Source of the DNA: a virus
Lineage: Duplodnaviria; Caudoviricetes
Reading direction: 5' to 3' (one strand)
Length of the DNA stretch: 26,486 nt
IMG/VR virus record: IMGVR_UViG_3300032227_000117
Span: 1 to 26,486 of that record
This document shows, one piece after another, positions 1 to 9,259 of the stretch; the stretch's first letter is position 1; each line of letters starts with the position of its first letter. Below the pieces are notes generated by a model that did not search any database, had not been told where the DNA came from, and saw only the letters and a list, made by a program, of their open reading frames with translations. Position numbers and translations under genes: made by a program.

Positions 1-1853
1 AATGAATCATTTGAAATAACAGATCCATTAAAAGATGCAGCCGAAACAGTACCAGTAACTAAAGCATTACCGTTAACTTCTAGTGCTTCGGCAATAGGAG
101 TATTTGCTGATTTACGTATACTAAAATATCCTCGTGAATCAAACCCGCCACCGATAATACCATCTGCTCCTTGTACAAGGAATGATATAGCTCCGGGAAC
201 ATTTCCTGGAGATAATGTACCAGCAGGATCGACACCAAATAATATTGCTGATGAAAAAGCAAAGCCAGATCCGTCGTGTCCGAAGTTTACGATAGATTTT
301 AAAGTGTCTCCCAAATTAACAGAGGTAGGAGTTTCAATCGTTCCTCTTGAAGTAAATCCTGTACTATCTAAACCACTAAAGCCAGTGGTTGTACCATATA
401 CTGTTTCATAACTTGTTCCACTATTTGGATTTTTTATAATAGCTTTACCGCGAATAATAGCATCGCCGTATACGTCTAATGGTGCTTCAGGAGTTGATGT
501 TCCACTAAGAATACCAAAATATCCGTCTGAGTTAATTAACGACTGAGAGAAAGATCCAGTTGTTGATGTAGTTACAAATATTATACTACCTGGAACAATT
601 CCTGTAGTAACACTAGTTCCAAAATCAACACCAAATCTAATTCCTGAAGATAGACTATAATTAGTTCCGTCCCAACCAAAGTTTAAAATTGAGGATATTG
701 TATCCCCTTGAGTAAGAGCTAAAGGAGAATCAGTTGTTCCTCTTGAAGAATATCTACTAGATGATAAAGAAGAAAATCCATCAGATACCCCGTAAAGTAC
801 TTCGTACGGATCTACACTTTCGTTAAAGAATCTTCTTATTTGTAAAGGATTATTCGGTGAACTTAATTCTAAAATTCCTATGGTATTTCCAGAGAACGGA
901 GATATAAATGTACTATTACTTTCGATACGATCTTGATTTAAAGTTATAGTTCCGTTACTTATTGTTCCGTTCATACCATCAACAAGTAAAGTAGAATCGT
1001 CAGCAAAGAATGATCCTTTAAATGCTGCGGCTGATACGCTTCCAGTAAATAATCCGCTACCATCGACATCTAGTGCTTCGGTAGCATTAGTTGGAAATTT
1101 GTTAATTCCAAAGTATCCATTAGAATCAAAACTTGCAACTTTTTGTCCTCCTGGACCCAATGTTATTAATGCTATAGCTCCTGGTACTGAACCAGCAGTA
1201 ACTGAACTAGAAGGATCAACACCTTGCCATATTGCAGAAGATATTACATAATCAAATCCGTCGTATCCTAATGTTCTCTCAAAAGATAAACAATCTCCAG
1301 GAACTACTGTTAGTGGAGTATCGATTGTTCCTCTTGATGTATTTTTTGTTTTTAATAATGAAAAGAATCCGTTAGTTATTCCATATTCGATTTGAACTGG
1401 TTCAACTGACTCGTTCCATTCTCTTTGTATCTGTAAAAGATGATCTTTTTCGCTTAATTTTAATATTCCTATTGTATTTCCAGAACCACTAGCAATAAAT
1501 GTGTCGTTACTTGAGATAAAGTTTCCGTCTAATGTTAATGTTCCGTTATCAAATTTATTACCAAAAGTAATGGAATTTGTGGAACTTGAAATAGTATCGC
1601 CGCTTAGAGTTATTGTTCCGTTACTTATGTCTCCGATAATATCTATGCTACCAGCACCTTCGATGCTAAAAGTATCGAGGTTTAAATTACCAGATAAAAA
1701 TCCACCAGCAGTAGAAACCATATCTGTTCCGCCGATAGTGTTTCCGTCGCCTACGTATACTTTTTTAGTATCAGTAGTATAGATAAGCTCACCTTCTAAT
1801 GGTGTTATAGTTAGCCTTTCGGCATTGGTACCTCGTCTTAGTCTTAAGGGCAT
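1..1853 (-). CDS. Tail fibre / receptor-binding-like structural protein with Mtd_N/hyaluronidase-like N-terminus; runs off the left edge (>617 aa); absent from the ORF track
   Basis: Hand translation from ATG at 1853 (SD CAGGAG at 1861-1866) gives MPLRLRRGTNAERLTITPLEGELIYTTDTKKVYVGDGNTIGG, the typical RRGT..GE...TDT....GDG fibre N-terminus. The frame stays open to position 3 and is Gly/Ser/Thr-rich with internal repeats. Confidence 0.8.
   Translation of the reverse strand, partial: MPLRLRRGTNAERLTITPLEGELIYTTDTKKVYVGDGNTIGGTDMVSTAGGFLSGNLNLDTFSIEGAGSIDIIGDISNGTITLSGDTISSSTNSITFGNKFDNGTLTLDGNFISSNDTFIASGSGNTIGILKLSEKDHLLQIQREWNESVEPVQIEYGITNGFFSLLKTKNTSRGTIDTPLTVVPGDCLSFERTLGYDGFDYVISSAIWQGVDPSSSVTAGSVPGAIALITLGPGGQKVASFDSNGYFGINKFPTNATEALDVDGSGLFTGSVSAAAFKGSFFADDSTLLVDGMNGTISNGTITLNQDRIESNSTFISPFSGNTIGILELSSPNNPLQIRRFFNESVDPYEVLYGVSDGFSSLSSSRYSSRGTTDSPLALTQGDTISSILNFGWDGTNYSLSSGIRFGVDFGTSVTTGIVPGSIIFVTTSTTGSFSQSLINSDGYFGILSGTSTPEAPLDVYGDAIIRGKAIIKNPNSGTSYETVYGTTTGFSGLDSTGFTSRGTIETPTSVNLGDTLKSIVNFGHDGSGFAFSSAILFGVDPAGTLSPGNVPGAISFLVQGADGIIGGGFDSRGYFSIRKSANTPIAEALEVNGNALVTGTVSAASFNGSVISNDS
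60..1340 (-). repeat. Three diverged protein-level repeat modules in the fibre gene
   Basis: The module SRGT..(T/S)P....GD......G.DG.....SS.I..GVD.......VPG.I..........S.GYF.I...EA(P)L(D/E)V.G occurs three times. The DNA 11-mer gttcctcttga occurs in frame at 1327-1337, 736-746 and 340-350. Confidence 0.8.
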
Positions 1854-1887
1854 AGATGCGCTCCTGAAATATAGAATCTGCTTCTTT

Positions 1888-1894
1888 TATTTAT
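1888..1894 (-). promoter_or_regulatory. Putative T4-like late promoter (ATAAATA) for the fibre gene
   Basis: ATAAATA lies on the minus strand ~35 nt upstream of the ATG of a structural gene and resembles the T4 late consensus TATAAATA. Confidence 0.55.
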
Positions 1895-1914
1895 CAGGAT
1901 TTGATAATAGAGGA

Positions 1915-2787
1915 TTAAGAAATCCACTTGTTCTTAAAGTCTTCTAGCTCTCTAGCACTTAATCCGAACTGTTTAGCTAGATTTTCTTCGCTTCTGTAGT
2001 CCTCTAGCATATCTAACCACGTGTTACGACTTATTAAACGGCGCAGTAAGGGAAATTCTAAACCACTAACTTTAACAGAATCAACTTGATAATCTTCAAA
2101 TGCTTCGCAAGCCGCAGGAAATAAGGGTTTTACTAGATTATATAAAGCATTAGCATATTCGCGTATTTCCCACTGAGCGTGTGGGTCCATACGCAAGCGA
2201 GCCATATGTAGAAAATTCTTAAGATTAGCCTTCCAATAGCACTCAGTATATCCTCCTACAGGAAGAACAGTTCTAGCGGATTCGCGGGCAAGATTGTAAT
2301 TATTAATGTAGTATTCGTAGGTATTATAATTATAATCCCAAAGTTTTCTCATACTATCGATAACATATTCTTTTTCATCATCGGCGAGTTCTCCGTCGCG
2401 CCCTTGTTTATTATTTGTACTTTGCTCTTTTAATTGATCGTTTTGAGGAATATAAAACTCATCAGTAATTACAGAATAGCGAGCAGAATATTCGTTCAAA
2501 CTCGCTGTTCTGTGTCTTACTAATTGACGCATAACAAATATAGGAAGTTTAATATGGAATTTAACTTCACACATCTCGAAAGGAGTAGTGTGCTCGTGGC
2601 GCATAAGATAGCGAATCAAGCCTCGATCAGTGTTTACGCTTTTAGTGCCTTTACCGTAACTAACACGGGCTGCTTGGACAATAGCATCGTCGCTACCCAT
2701 ATAATCTACTAATCCTACGAACCCGTGATCTAAAACTGGAACATAGTTAGGATCGTTTGTAAAATCGATTTCGTTACGTAAAGTCAT
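1915..2787 (-). CDS. thyX: FAD-dependent thymidylate synthase ThyX
   Basis: ThyX motif RHRTASLNEYSARY (RHRx7S), plus AARVSY, HTTPFE and LRMDPHAQWEIR. Confidence 0.97.
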   Translation of the reverse strand: MTLRNEIDFTNDPNYVPVLDHGFVGLVDYMGSDDAIVQAARVSYGKGTKSVNTDRGLIRYLMRHEHTTPFEMCEVKFHIKLPIFVMRQLVRHRTASLNEYSARYSVITDEFYIPQNDQLKEQSTNNKQGRDGELADDEKEYVIDSMRKLWDYNYNTYEYYINNYNLARESARTVLPVGGYTECYWKANLKNFLHMARLRMDPHAQWEIREYANALYNLVKPLFPAACEAFEDYQVDSVKVSGLEFPLLRRLISRNTWLDMLEDYRSEENLAKQFGLSARELEDFKNKWIS

Positions 2788-3104
2788 TTTTTCCTCTTCA
2801 TAAATTTATTAGTTGTCTTGGTAATATCTTTTTTAAGTTTTTCAATATCCATTCGAAAATCAACATGCTCTATTTGACCTTCGTAATTCTGAAATAATTC
2901 ATTTAACGTTTCAGTAAATTTTTCTCCATCAGACTCTTTGTGTTCCTTTTTAAGGACTACGTTCCAAGTATTACCATCTTTAAATGTTATAACAACAGTG
3001 TGTAGATAGAATATCGGGATAGCAGAAAGATTTACATCACCTAGTATTTCAGGCCACTGATCAATCATGTCTTGATTAAGTGGTTTCTGCATTTTTTTTG
3101 GCAC
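2784..3104 (-). CDS. Hypothetical phage protein
   Basis: 106 aa ORF with an ATGA overlap onto thyX, in operon orientation. Confidence 0.75.
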   Translation of the reverse strand: MPKKMQKPLNQDMIDQWPEILGDVNLSAIPIFYLHTVVITFKDGNTWNVVLKKEHKESDGEKFTETLNELFQNYEGQIEHVDFRMDIEKLKKDITKTTNKFMKRKK

Positions 3105-3741
3105 TTACAGTCTTCTTCTTGGGCGGATCTAACTCGTCTGCTATTTTTCTTAGTTTAGCTGCTTCCTTATAAAGTTTGTCAGCATGTGATCTATATTCAC
3201 TAGCAGACATGGGCTTTGTAGGGTCAACTGGTTTAATGTCAGTTGGAGGAATTAGCGTATCAGTTGATTGAATTTCTTGATTACTATTGCTTAATGCCGA
3301 AATATCCTTAATCTCAACATTCTCAGTCTTAGTCTTGTCTTTCTTAACATGAGGCATGTCAGCTTTAATAGAAAGATCGTCTAATGTAACACCTTTTTGT
3401 TCAGCAATCATTAGATTAAGTTCATCTAAAGATATGCGATCTCCAGTAGTAGGAGTCATCCAAACTTTATCTGTAGCGACTTTAACAAGTTTACCGCTCA
3501 GATGTAATTGTTCTAACATATTTGTTCCGTCGGGGAATGGTCGAGTACTAAGAGCATCTCCGAGTTCATTTGCTTGTTGACCATCTTGGCTCTCAACTAA
3601 ATTCATAAGAGCATTGTGGTATTGATCCACTAGTGTTGAAGTGCCCACTACTAGGGCACTATGTGAATCACCTGGCAAAGTTCTGTAAATTACACAGACC
3701 TTTGCGTCATTGTGCTTCATCTTTCCGACATGTTTAAGCAT
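3076..3741 (-). CDS. Hypothetical phage protein (globular N-terminus, low-complexity linker, C-terminal helix)
   Basis: 221 aa ORF that overlaps both neighbours. Confidence 0.8.
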   Translation of the reverse strand: MLKHVGKMKHNDAKVCVIYRTLPGDSHSALVVGTSTLVDQYHNALMNLVESQDGQQANELGDALSTRPFPDGTNMLEQLHLSGKLVKVATDKVWMTPTTGDRISLDELNLMIAEQKGVTLDDLSIKADMPHVKKDKTKTENVEIKDISALSNSNQEIQSTDTLIPPTDIKPVDPTKPMSASEYRSHADKLYKEAAKLRKIADELDPPKKKTVSAKKNAETT

Positions 3742-4000
3742 TAGGTGCTGCCTGTCCGTTCGCTGCTTGAGCAGCCTGACTCTGCTTTGCAGCTAAATCT
3801 AGAAACTTCTCTAACTTAGAATAAACAGAACCAACAGCAACCATTTCAGCCGGCTTAAAAGCACCACGGCTACTAGCAACATCTATAATTGTCTTAAGAG
3901 CAGCAAGATCATTTAGTGTAAGATCAACTGTGTTATCTTCCTGTGGAGCCGGAGCAGCGGCAGCAGGATTAGCAGTATTTGTATTTGTTTCGTCAGACAT
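3734..4000 (-). CDS. Small hypothetical phage protein; start revised to MSDETN
   Basis: SD AGGAG at 4007-4011 precedes ATG at 4000. Core sequence LNDLAALKTIIDVASSRGAFKPAEM. Confidence 0.75.
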   Translation of the reverse strand: MSDETNTNTANPAAAAPAPQEDNTVDLTLNDLAALKTIIDVASSRGAFKPAEMVAVGSVYSKLEKFLDLAAKQSQAAQAANGQAAPNA

Positions 4001-4040
4001 ATTTAACTCCTTCAATGTCATTATTATATAATCACTTAGA

Positions 4041-4328
4041 TTAAAAAGCAGCCTTATTTTTGGCCAAGTGAGGACATCCTAATAAAAATAATGTAGATTC
4101 GTGAGGATCTTCAAAAGCAATAGCATCATAACTTGCTATTCTATTATCATCAAGTTTTGCAAGAGATCCTATCCAATATCTCCCTTTTAAATTGGAATCA
4201 ATCCAATTAATAACATCACTACGATATAACCCATTAACTGGAGCAGGCATGGGAGACATGTGCGGGAGCAGGCACTCCTGCCGTCTACTACCGATTACAT
4301 TAAGTGGGTTTACTTTAAACTCTTTCAT
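4041..4328 (-). CDS. Hypothetical phage protein
   Basis: 95 aa ORF with an ATGA overlap onto the VWA gene stop. Confidence 0.75.
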   Translation of the reverse strand: MKEFKVNPLNVIGSRRQECLLPHMSPMPAPVNGLYRSDVINWIDSNLKGRYWIGSLAKLDDNRIASYDAIAFEDPHESTLFLLGCPHLAKNKAAF

Positions 4329-5569
4329 GAGTGATTACTAAACTCATAGTGGCTGTAAGTACCAAACGGTGGCTTAATGCTTTCGGGACCGTGAATGATA
4401 AAGATTGTATCGCAGTAATCTTCATCACCCCAAGAGCTCCACGGATAACCGTCTGTAAACATGATAAACTTCTTAGGAACAATCTGTTCTTCCTTCATGT
4501 AAGTCCAGTTAACATCGAAGTCAGTTCCGCCACCGCCTTTAAGTTCATATGTATCGAAGTCTTGAATGTTATCGGCAGTAATGTCAATTGGATCGTACAC
4601 ATCTGTATCAAAAGTCCACAACTTCAATTTGAAGTCTTTAAACTGATCCATGATACCTTTAATTTCACTCAAGAAGTCTTTACCCATCTCGTCAGTAATA
4701 GAACCAGACATATCAACACAAACACAAATGTCAATAGTCTGATCAAAGTTCATACCTGGAAGAATAGCACCGGTATGCCAACCTTTACGTGAAGGACGCA
4801 TCCATGTATAGTCGTTACGGATAGTGCTCTGAATTTGCTGCTTGAGAAGTTCACGCCAGTTAATCTTTGGTTCAGTTAATTCCTGAATCATACGACGTAC
4901 ACCAGCAGGAAGATTACCAGCACCAGCACTCTGTGCCGCACTAATCATAGCCTCCTTAATCTCATCACGTATTTTTTTCAATTCTTCTTTGCTGTACTGA
5001 ACACGTTTAGATTTACCTTCGCCGTCCTTACTTTCACCATTACCGTCCTTATCTGGATCCATATGTTGGTCCAGCAATTCACCTAATTGCTGTAATTGTT
5101 CCATGTCATATTTTTCGAAGATCTCGTCGTAGATTTCTTCAGCACTTTTGCCACGATATTTGTTGTCTTGGAAGATTTTAATCTGTGAAACTTTTTCACC
5201 AATCTTATCGTCTACAAGGATTTGATTAATAGCGTAGTCAGTAGCAATATTCCAAATTTGAGGATCACGGTCGCCTCGGCGGAACATATGTTCAAACACG
5301 TTATGAAGCACTTCGTGAGCAAACACAAACTCAGTCTGCTTTGGATTTAGTGTATCGATAAATTCTGGAGCATAATAAAAGTGACGACCATCTGTAGCAG
5401 CAGTCTTAACAAAGTGATCGCCTTCACAATTTACCATACGAAGTCGTGTAGCCATATTACCAAAGAATGAATGACGAAGAAGTAGACCAACTCGAGCAGT
5501 AATTAACTTTTCTTCAATTTTACGGTGATCAACTTTGGATTTTGGTTTCTCAGCAACTTCTGTGGACAT
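4325..5569 (-). CDS. DUF2201-type putative metallopeptidase (HExxH) plus VWA domain protein; MoxR partner
   Basis: TAATDG and HEVLH (zincin motif), WNIATDYAIN, MIDAS DMSGS, GGGGTDF and FTDGY. Confidence 0.9.
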   Translation of the reverse strand: MSTEVAEKPKSKVDHRKIEEKLITARVGLLLRHSFFGNMATRLRMVNCEGDHFVKTAATDGRHFYYAPEFIDTLNPKQTEFVFAHEVLHNVFEHMFRRGDRDPQIWNIATDYAINQILVDDKIGEKVSQIKIFQDNKYRGKSAEEIYDEIFEKYDMEQLQQLGELLDQHMDPDKDGNGESKDGEGKSKRVQYSKEELKKIRDEIKEAMISAAQSAGAGNLPAGVRRMIQELTEPKINWRELLKQQIQSTIRNDYTWMRPSRKGWHTGAILPGMNFDQTIDICVCVDMSGSITDEMGKDFLSEIKGIMDQFKDFKLKLWTFDTDVYDPIDITADNIQDFDTYELKGGGGTDFDVNWTYMKEEQIVPKKFIMFTDGYPWSSWGDEDYCDTIFIIHGPESIKPPFGTYSHYEFSNHS

Positions 5570-5584
5570 TTTTGCCTCTCCGTG

Positions 5585-5598
5585 TTATACATGTATAA
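5585..5598. promoter_or_regulatory. Perfect 14-bp palindrome TTATACATGTATAA overlapping the -10/TSS; possible operator
   Basis: The self-complementary 14-mer is directly visible in the sequence; its function is inferred. Confidence 0.35.
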
Positions 5599-5622
5599 TA
5601 GCACCTTATTAGAACTTGTCAA
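5595..5622 (-). promoter_or_regulatory. Sigma70-type promoter for the VWA gene
   Basis: TTGACA (5617-5622), 16 bp spacer, TATTAT (5595-5600) with a TGn extension. The -35 lies in the last codons of the ACAD gene. Confidence 0.6.
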
Positions 5623-7315
5623 CTGGTAAACTCATTATAGATTTGGATCCACTTTCTATTCGACTCCAAAGAAAAGAAGTTTCTGGGAGAATACGATCAA
5701 CAAAGTAATCTGCTACAATTAGTTTATCTTCCATATTCTTTTCTTGTGCGACTTTAATGATATCTAGCCAAGCAAATCCCATATAAACAAGTCCAAAAAG
5801 TTTCATATAATCATATGAGGCACTTCCAGCATTATTTGGATTTTTCATACCATGTTGGACAAGCCAATTTGTAGCTTTCTTAAGGTCTTGGAATGCTCTC
5901 TCAACAAAGTATGCCCACTTGTTTACATTCTCGTTATTCAAATCAATTTCGAGTTGTTCTTCGAAAAGTTTAAATTGGGTGCGAACTGCTCTACCCATAT
6001 TTTTTGGAAGTTTACGTCCGACTAAATCTAATGCTTGGACACCGTTAGCACCTTCGTAGATTTGAGCGATACGAGCATCGCGAACAATTTGTTCCATGCC
6101 CCATTCTTTAATATAACCGTGTCCGCCAAAAACTTGTTGTGCTTTTACAGCATTTTCAAGACCATAATCGGTAAGAACGCCTTTAAGTATTGGAGTCATT
6201 AAACCTAAAATGTCTTGGGATTGGTCGTCTTTCTTATCGCAAAGTAAGGCGGCCTTGTAAATTAACAAACGTCCTGGTATGTTAACGGACTTTATGTCCA
6301 TAAGCATACGGCGAACATCAGGATGAACGATAATAGGATCAGCAGGTCCTTGTTCATTTTTGACACCGGTTAAAGATCTCCCTTGTAATCTCTCTATAGC
6401 ATATTTAACCGAATTCTGATAAGCAAGTTCACTCTGGCTTAACCCCTGAACAGCAACACCTAATCTAGCTTCGTTCATCATAACAAACATTGCTTGAAGA
6501 CCTTTGTTTTCCTCTCCAATAAGGAAACCTGTAGCACCGTCGTAATTCATAACACAAGTAGATGATCCGTGAATACCCATCTTCTTTTCGATAGATCCAC
6601 AAGATACTCTATTGCGTTCAAAGTCTGCTAAAATCTTTGGAACAACAAATAGACTAATTCCTTTAACGCCTTCTGGAGCACCCTCAATACGAGCAAGAAC
6701 CAAATGGATGATATTCTCACTAAGGTCGTGTTCGCCGCAAGAGATAAAAATCTTTTGTCCAGTAATTTCGTATGAACCGTTATTCTTATTCACTGCTTTT
6801 GTTTTAAGCAAACCGAGATCAGTTCCGCAATGCGGTTCGGTCAAATTCATAGTTCCGGTCCATTTACCTTCTGCCATCCTTTTAATAAAATGTTGTTTAT
6901 ATGGATCGCTTGCTACTTCTAATAGAGCTTGAATTGCTCCACGAGTAAGACCGGGATATAGACTGAAAGACATATTAGCAGAAGAAATAAATTCGTTAAC
7001 AACAGTGGCAAGAATATATGGTTGACCTTGTCCGCCATATTGTTCAGGAACGTTTAGTCCGATCCAACCACCTTCGGTAAACTGTTTCCAAGGTTCCTTA
7101 AATGCTTGAGGAGTTATAACTTCTGGATATTCTAATCCAGGTCCGTTGAGCCAAAAACATCCTGAGCTATCGCCCTCTTGATTAGTAGGAGCAATAACTT
7201 CTTCAGCAAGTTTAGCAGCCTCTTGAATAATAGGTTCTGCTAAATCATTATCTATCTTAAGAACATCATTTAATAGAAATAGTGCTTCATTAACTGGTGC
7301 TTTATATGTGAGCAT
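5609..7315 (-). CDS. Acyl-CoA dehydrogenase (long proteobacterial type, DmdC-like subfamily possible); start revised to MLTYKAP
   Basis: Motifs GTMNLTEPHCGTDLG, GQKIFIS, EKKMGIHGSST, QVFGGHGYI and IYEGANGVQALDL (catalytic Glu). SD AGGAG at 7323-7327 precedes ATG at 7315. Confidence 0.95.
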   Translation of the reverse strand: MLTYKAPVNEALFLLNDVLKIDNDLAEPIIQEAAKLAEEVIAPTNQEGDSSGCFWLNGPGLEYPEVITPQAFKEPWKQFTEGGWIGLNVPEQYGGQGQPYILATVVNEFISSANMSFSLYPGLTRGAIQALLEVASDPYKQHFIKRMAEGKWTGTMNLTEPHCGTDLGLLKTKAVNKNNGSYEITGQKIFISCGEHDLSENIIHLVLARIEGAPEGVKGISLFVVPKILADFERNRVSCGSIEKKMGIHGSSTCVMNYDGATGFLIGEENKGLQAMFVMMNEARLGVAVQGLSQSELAYQNSVKYAIERLQGRSLTGVKNEQGPADPIIVHPDVRRMLMDIKSVNIPGRLLIYKAALLCDKKDDQSQDILGLMTPILKGVLTDYGLENAVKAQQVFGGHGYIKEWGMEQIVRDARIAQIYEGANGVQALDLVGRKLPKNMGRAVRTQFKLFEEQLEIDLNNENVNKWAYFVERAFQDLKKATNWLVQHGMKNPNNAGSASYDYMKLFGLVYMGFAWLDIIKVAQEKNMEDKLIVADYFVDRILPETSFLWSRIESGSKSIMSLPVDKF

Positions 7316-7345
7316 AGAAAATCTCCTAATGGACAAATGTATATA

Positions 7346-7375
7346 GCACCGTAGGGGTCAAACCCCCTACGGTAC
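7346..7375 (-). terminator. Strong stem-loop after the MoxR gene (terminator or RNA stability/processing element)
   Basis: ACCGTAGGGG (7348-7357) pairs with CCCCTACGGT (7364-7373) around a 6-nt loop. The U-tract that follows is weak. Confidence 0.55.
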
Positions 7376-7384
7376 TTGCCAACA

Positions 7385-8467
7385 TCACTGGTTCGCAGCG
7401 ATAACATACTTGCCAAAGCGATCGTGGAACTCATCAAAGTTCTTCATCTTGCTTGGATCTAGCGGCAAGTCGTAGTTAGTAAGAGCAATTTTAGCACCCA
7501 TAACTACAAGTTCAGTTTCAAAATTATCCATCATAAAGCGGAAGAAGTTATCAGCAAAATCATCAAACTTCTTGTCTTTCTTCTGAGCAATATCTTTAAG
7601 TTCATAGCATAAAGAAACTGTCAGCGAATACATAGCGGAGATCTCTTTAACTTTGAGCTCCTTAACTTTACCATGTAAGATATCAGTTGGATTAGGCATA
7701 CGTCCAGCAACTTTGCGGTGTGCCATAAATTTAACAGCCGTACCTTCACCAACAGCACCTGAGACAAGATCCGCAGTAGTGGAATCGTTAATGTCGTCGT
7801 CTAACAATTCGCTAACAAACTGCCATGAACGCGGTGTAGCAAATGAACGGCTTGCAGTCTTTGGATCAAAGTCGTAAAGATCCTGTTTAGCAAATGACAG
7901 GTAACCAACAACGTCTTTATGGATTTTGTTTTCAACAGCCCAGTTTAACCAATCTTCAAAGTCTACACGTAGTTCTAAGTGAACAAAACGATTGGAAAGT
8001 GGAGCAGGCATACGATACGTAACGCCCTTATCAGCCTCACGGTTACCAGCAGCAACAACTAGTACATTGTCTGGAAGTTTGTAGGTACCAACACGACGAT
8101 TGAGAATTAACTGATATGCTGCCGCTTGAACAGCTGGCGGAGCAGAATTCATCTCGTCCAAAAACAAAATAATATTCTTAAACTGAGCAGCAAATTCTTC
8201 AGTAGGCAATTCTACTGGAGGTGCCCACGACATTGTATTGTCGTTGGAATTATAGTATGGAATACCTTTAATATCAGTAGGTTCCCAAAGTGAAAGTCGA
8301 ACATCGATAACATAAGATTCAAGTTCGTGACCTAACTGGTGAATAGCATCTGATTTGCCAATACCTGGGGGACCCCAGATAAAAATTGGACGACGCTTGC
8401 TAAATGCGTGTCGGAGAGCTGCTTTGGCTCCGTTAATTGATACAGTGCGAACGCTGAGATCGGACAT
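7385..8467 (-). CDS. MoxR-type AAA+ ATPase
   Basis: Walker A GPPGIGKS, Walker B ILFLDE, sensor AAGN, arginine finger NRF and TPRSW. SD AGGAG at 8476-8480. Confidence 0.93.
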   Translation of the reverse strand: MSDLSVRTVSINGAKAALRHAFSKRRPIFIWGPPGIGKSDAIHQLGHELESYVIDVRLSLWEPTDIKGIPYYNSNDNTMSWAPPVELPTEEFAAQFKNIILFLDEMNSAPPAVQAAAYQLILNRRVGTYKLPDNVLVVAAGNREADKGVTYRMPAPLSNRFVHLELRVDFEDWLNWAVENKIHKDVVGYLSFAKQDLYDFDPKTASRSFATPRSWQFVSELLDDDINDSTTADLVSGAVGEGTAVKFMAHRKVAGRMPNPTDILHGKVKELKVKEISAMYSLTVSLCYELKDIAQKKDKKFDDFADNFFRFMMDNFETELVVMGAKIALTNYDLPLDPSKMKNFDEFHDRFGKYVIAANQ

Positions 8468-8500
8468 AGTGTTGGCTCCTTTGTTTCCGTCTATATTGTT

Positions 8501-8528
8501 ACTATAACACCTATAGATCGTGCGTCAA
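8501..8528 (-). promoter_or_regulatory. Sigma70-type promoter for the MoxR gene
   Basis: TTGACG (8523-8528), 16 bp spacer, TATAGT (8501-8506) with a TGn extension. Confidence 0.65.
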
Positions 8529-8554
8529 CACCTACTACAATGTAAACGAGCCAA

Positions 8555-8950
8555 TTATTGTTCTAGTTCTCTTTGACGAGCCATTGCTTTAGCTAATCCG
8601 TATTTTCGGACGTCACCGGAGAAGAGAAGAAGTTCCGCGGCCTTCTTTTCTTTGAATACATATATTTCTTTTTTATTATAATAGTTTGGACAATCTAAGA
8701 ATTGATCCAACCAAAGTACAACTTGTGTAGTAATTTGAAAATCTTTTGGAAACGGAATTCTATATGATTTTAATCCAACTTTGGTTACAAGAAATTCAAA
8801 ACCATCTTCAGTTAATGATAAACTAGAATCAAGTTTGGCACGAGGATTTTTAAACCATTTTAAAATATGTTGACGTATAGAATTGTCGTCAGTTGGGAGA
8901 TTAGCTTGTTCTAAGAATATCTTTGTATATACTTCTTTTAGTCCTGACAT
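8555..8950 (-). CDS. Hypothetical phage protein
   Basis: 131 aa ORF that overlaps the upstream gene. Confidence 0.8.
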   Translation of the reverse strand: MSGLKEVYTKIFLEQANLPTDDNSIRQHILKWFKNPRAKLDSSLSLTEDGFEFLVTKVGLKSYRIPFPKDFQITTQVVLWLDQFLDCPNYYNKKEIYVFKEKKAAELLLFSGDVRKYGLAKAMARQRELEQ

Positions 8951-9231
8951 ATCACGGTCTCGCCTTGTGTGAGCTTAACAACCGTGAAGTCCTCGACCTT
9001 GAACATAGTATTCAACTTCTTTGCCAAATTATGAGCATGACCTGGATTGCTAAATGAAGTTTTTTTATACTTTGGACCTGGATAATTTGATACGAGTGAA
9101 CTGCTCTTAAGATTAAATGGCTGATTTTTATAGAATACAGCCCAGATAGCTTCAGCGTCTAGAACCTGTTCTACTTTATAGTTCTTTTTATTAGTATATT
9201 CTAATATCACTGTTGGTTTTGGACGACTCAT
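8938..9231 (-). CDS. Hypothetical basic phage protein (MSRPKPTVILE...)
   Basis: 97 aa ORF preceded by ATAAATA at 9253-9259. Confidence 0.8.
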   Translation of the reverse strand: MSRPKPTVILEYTNKKNYKVEQVLDAEAIWAVFYKNQPFNLKSSSLVSNYPGPKYKKTSFSNPGHAHNLAKKLNTMFKVEDFTVVKLTQGETVICQD

Positions 9232-9245
9232 ATCATACTTTCTTT

Positions 9246-9259
9246 AGTATAATATTTAT
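9246..9259 (-). promoter_or_regulatory. Putative late promoter ATAAATA next to a TATACT -10-like box
   Basis: ATAAATA (9253-9259) overlaps the upstream stop codon; TATACT lies at 9246-9251. Confidence 0.4.

Noticed and set aside
80-1782. Track ORFs 80..262 (-) and 1501..1782 (+)
   Set aside because: They are off-frame or antisense shadows of the long fibre ORF (<1..1853).
7340-7362. TTGACC...TATATA as an ACAD promoter inside the hairpin
   Set aside because: Only 10 bp separate the boxes.
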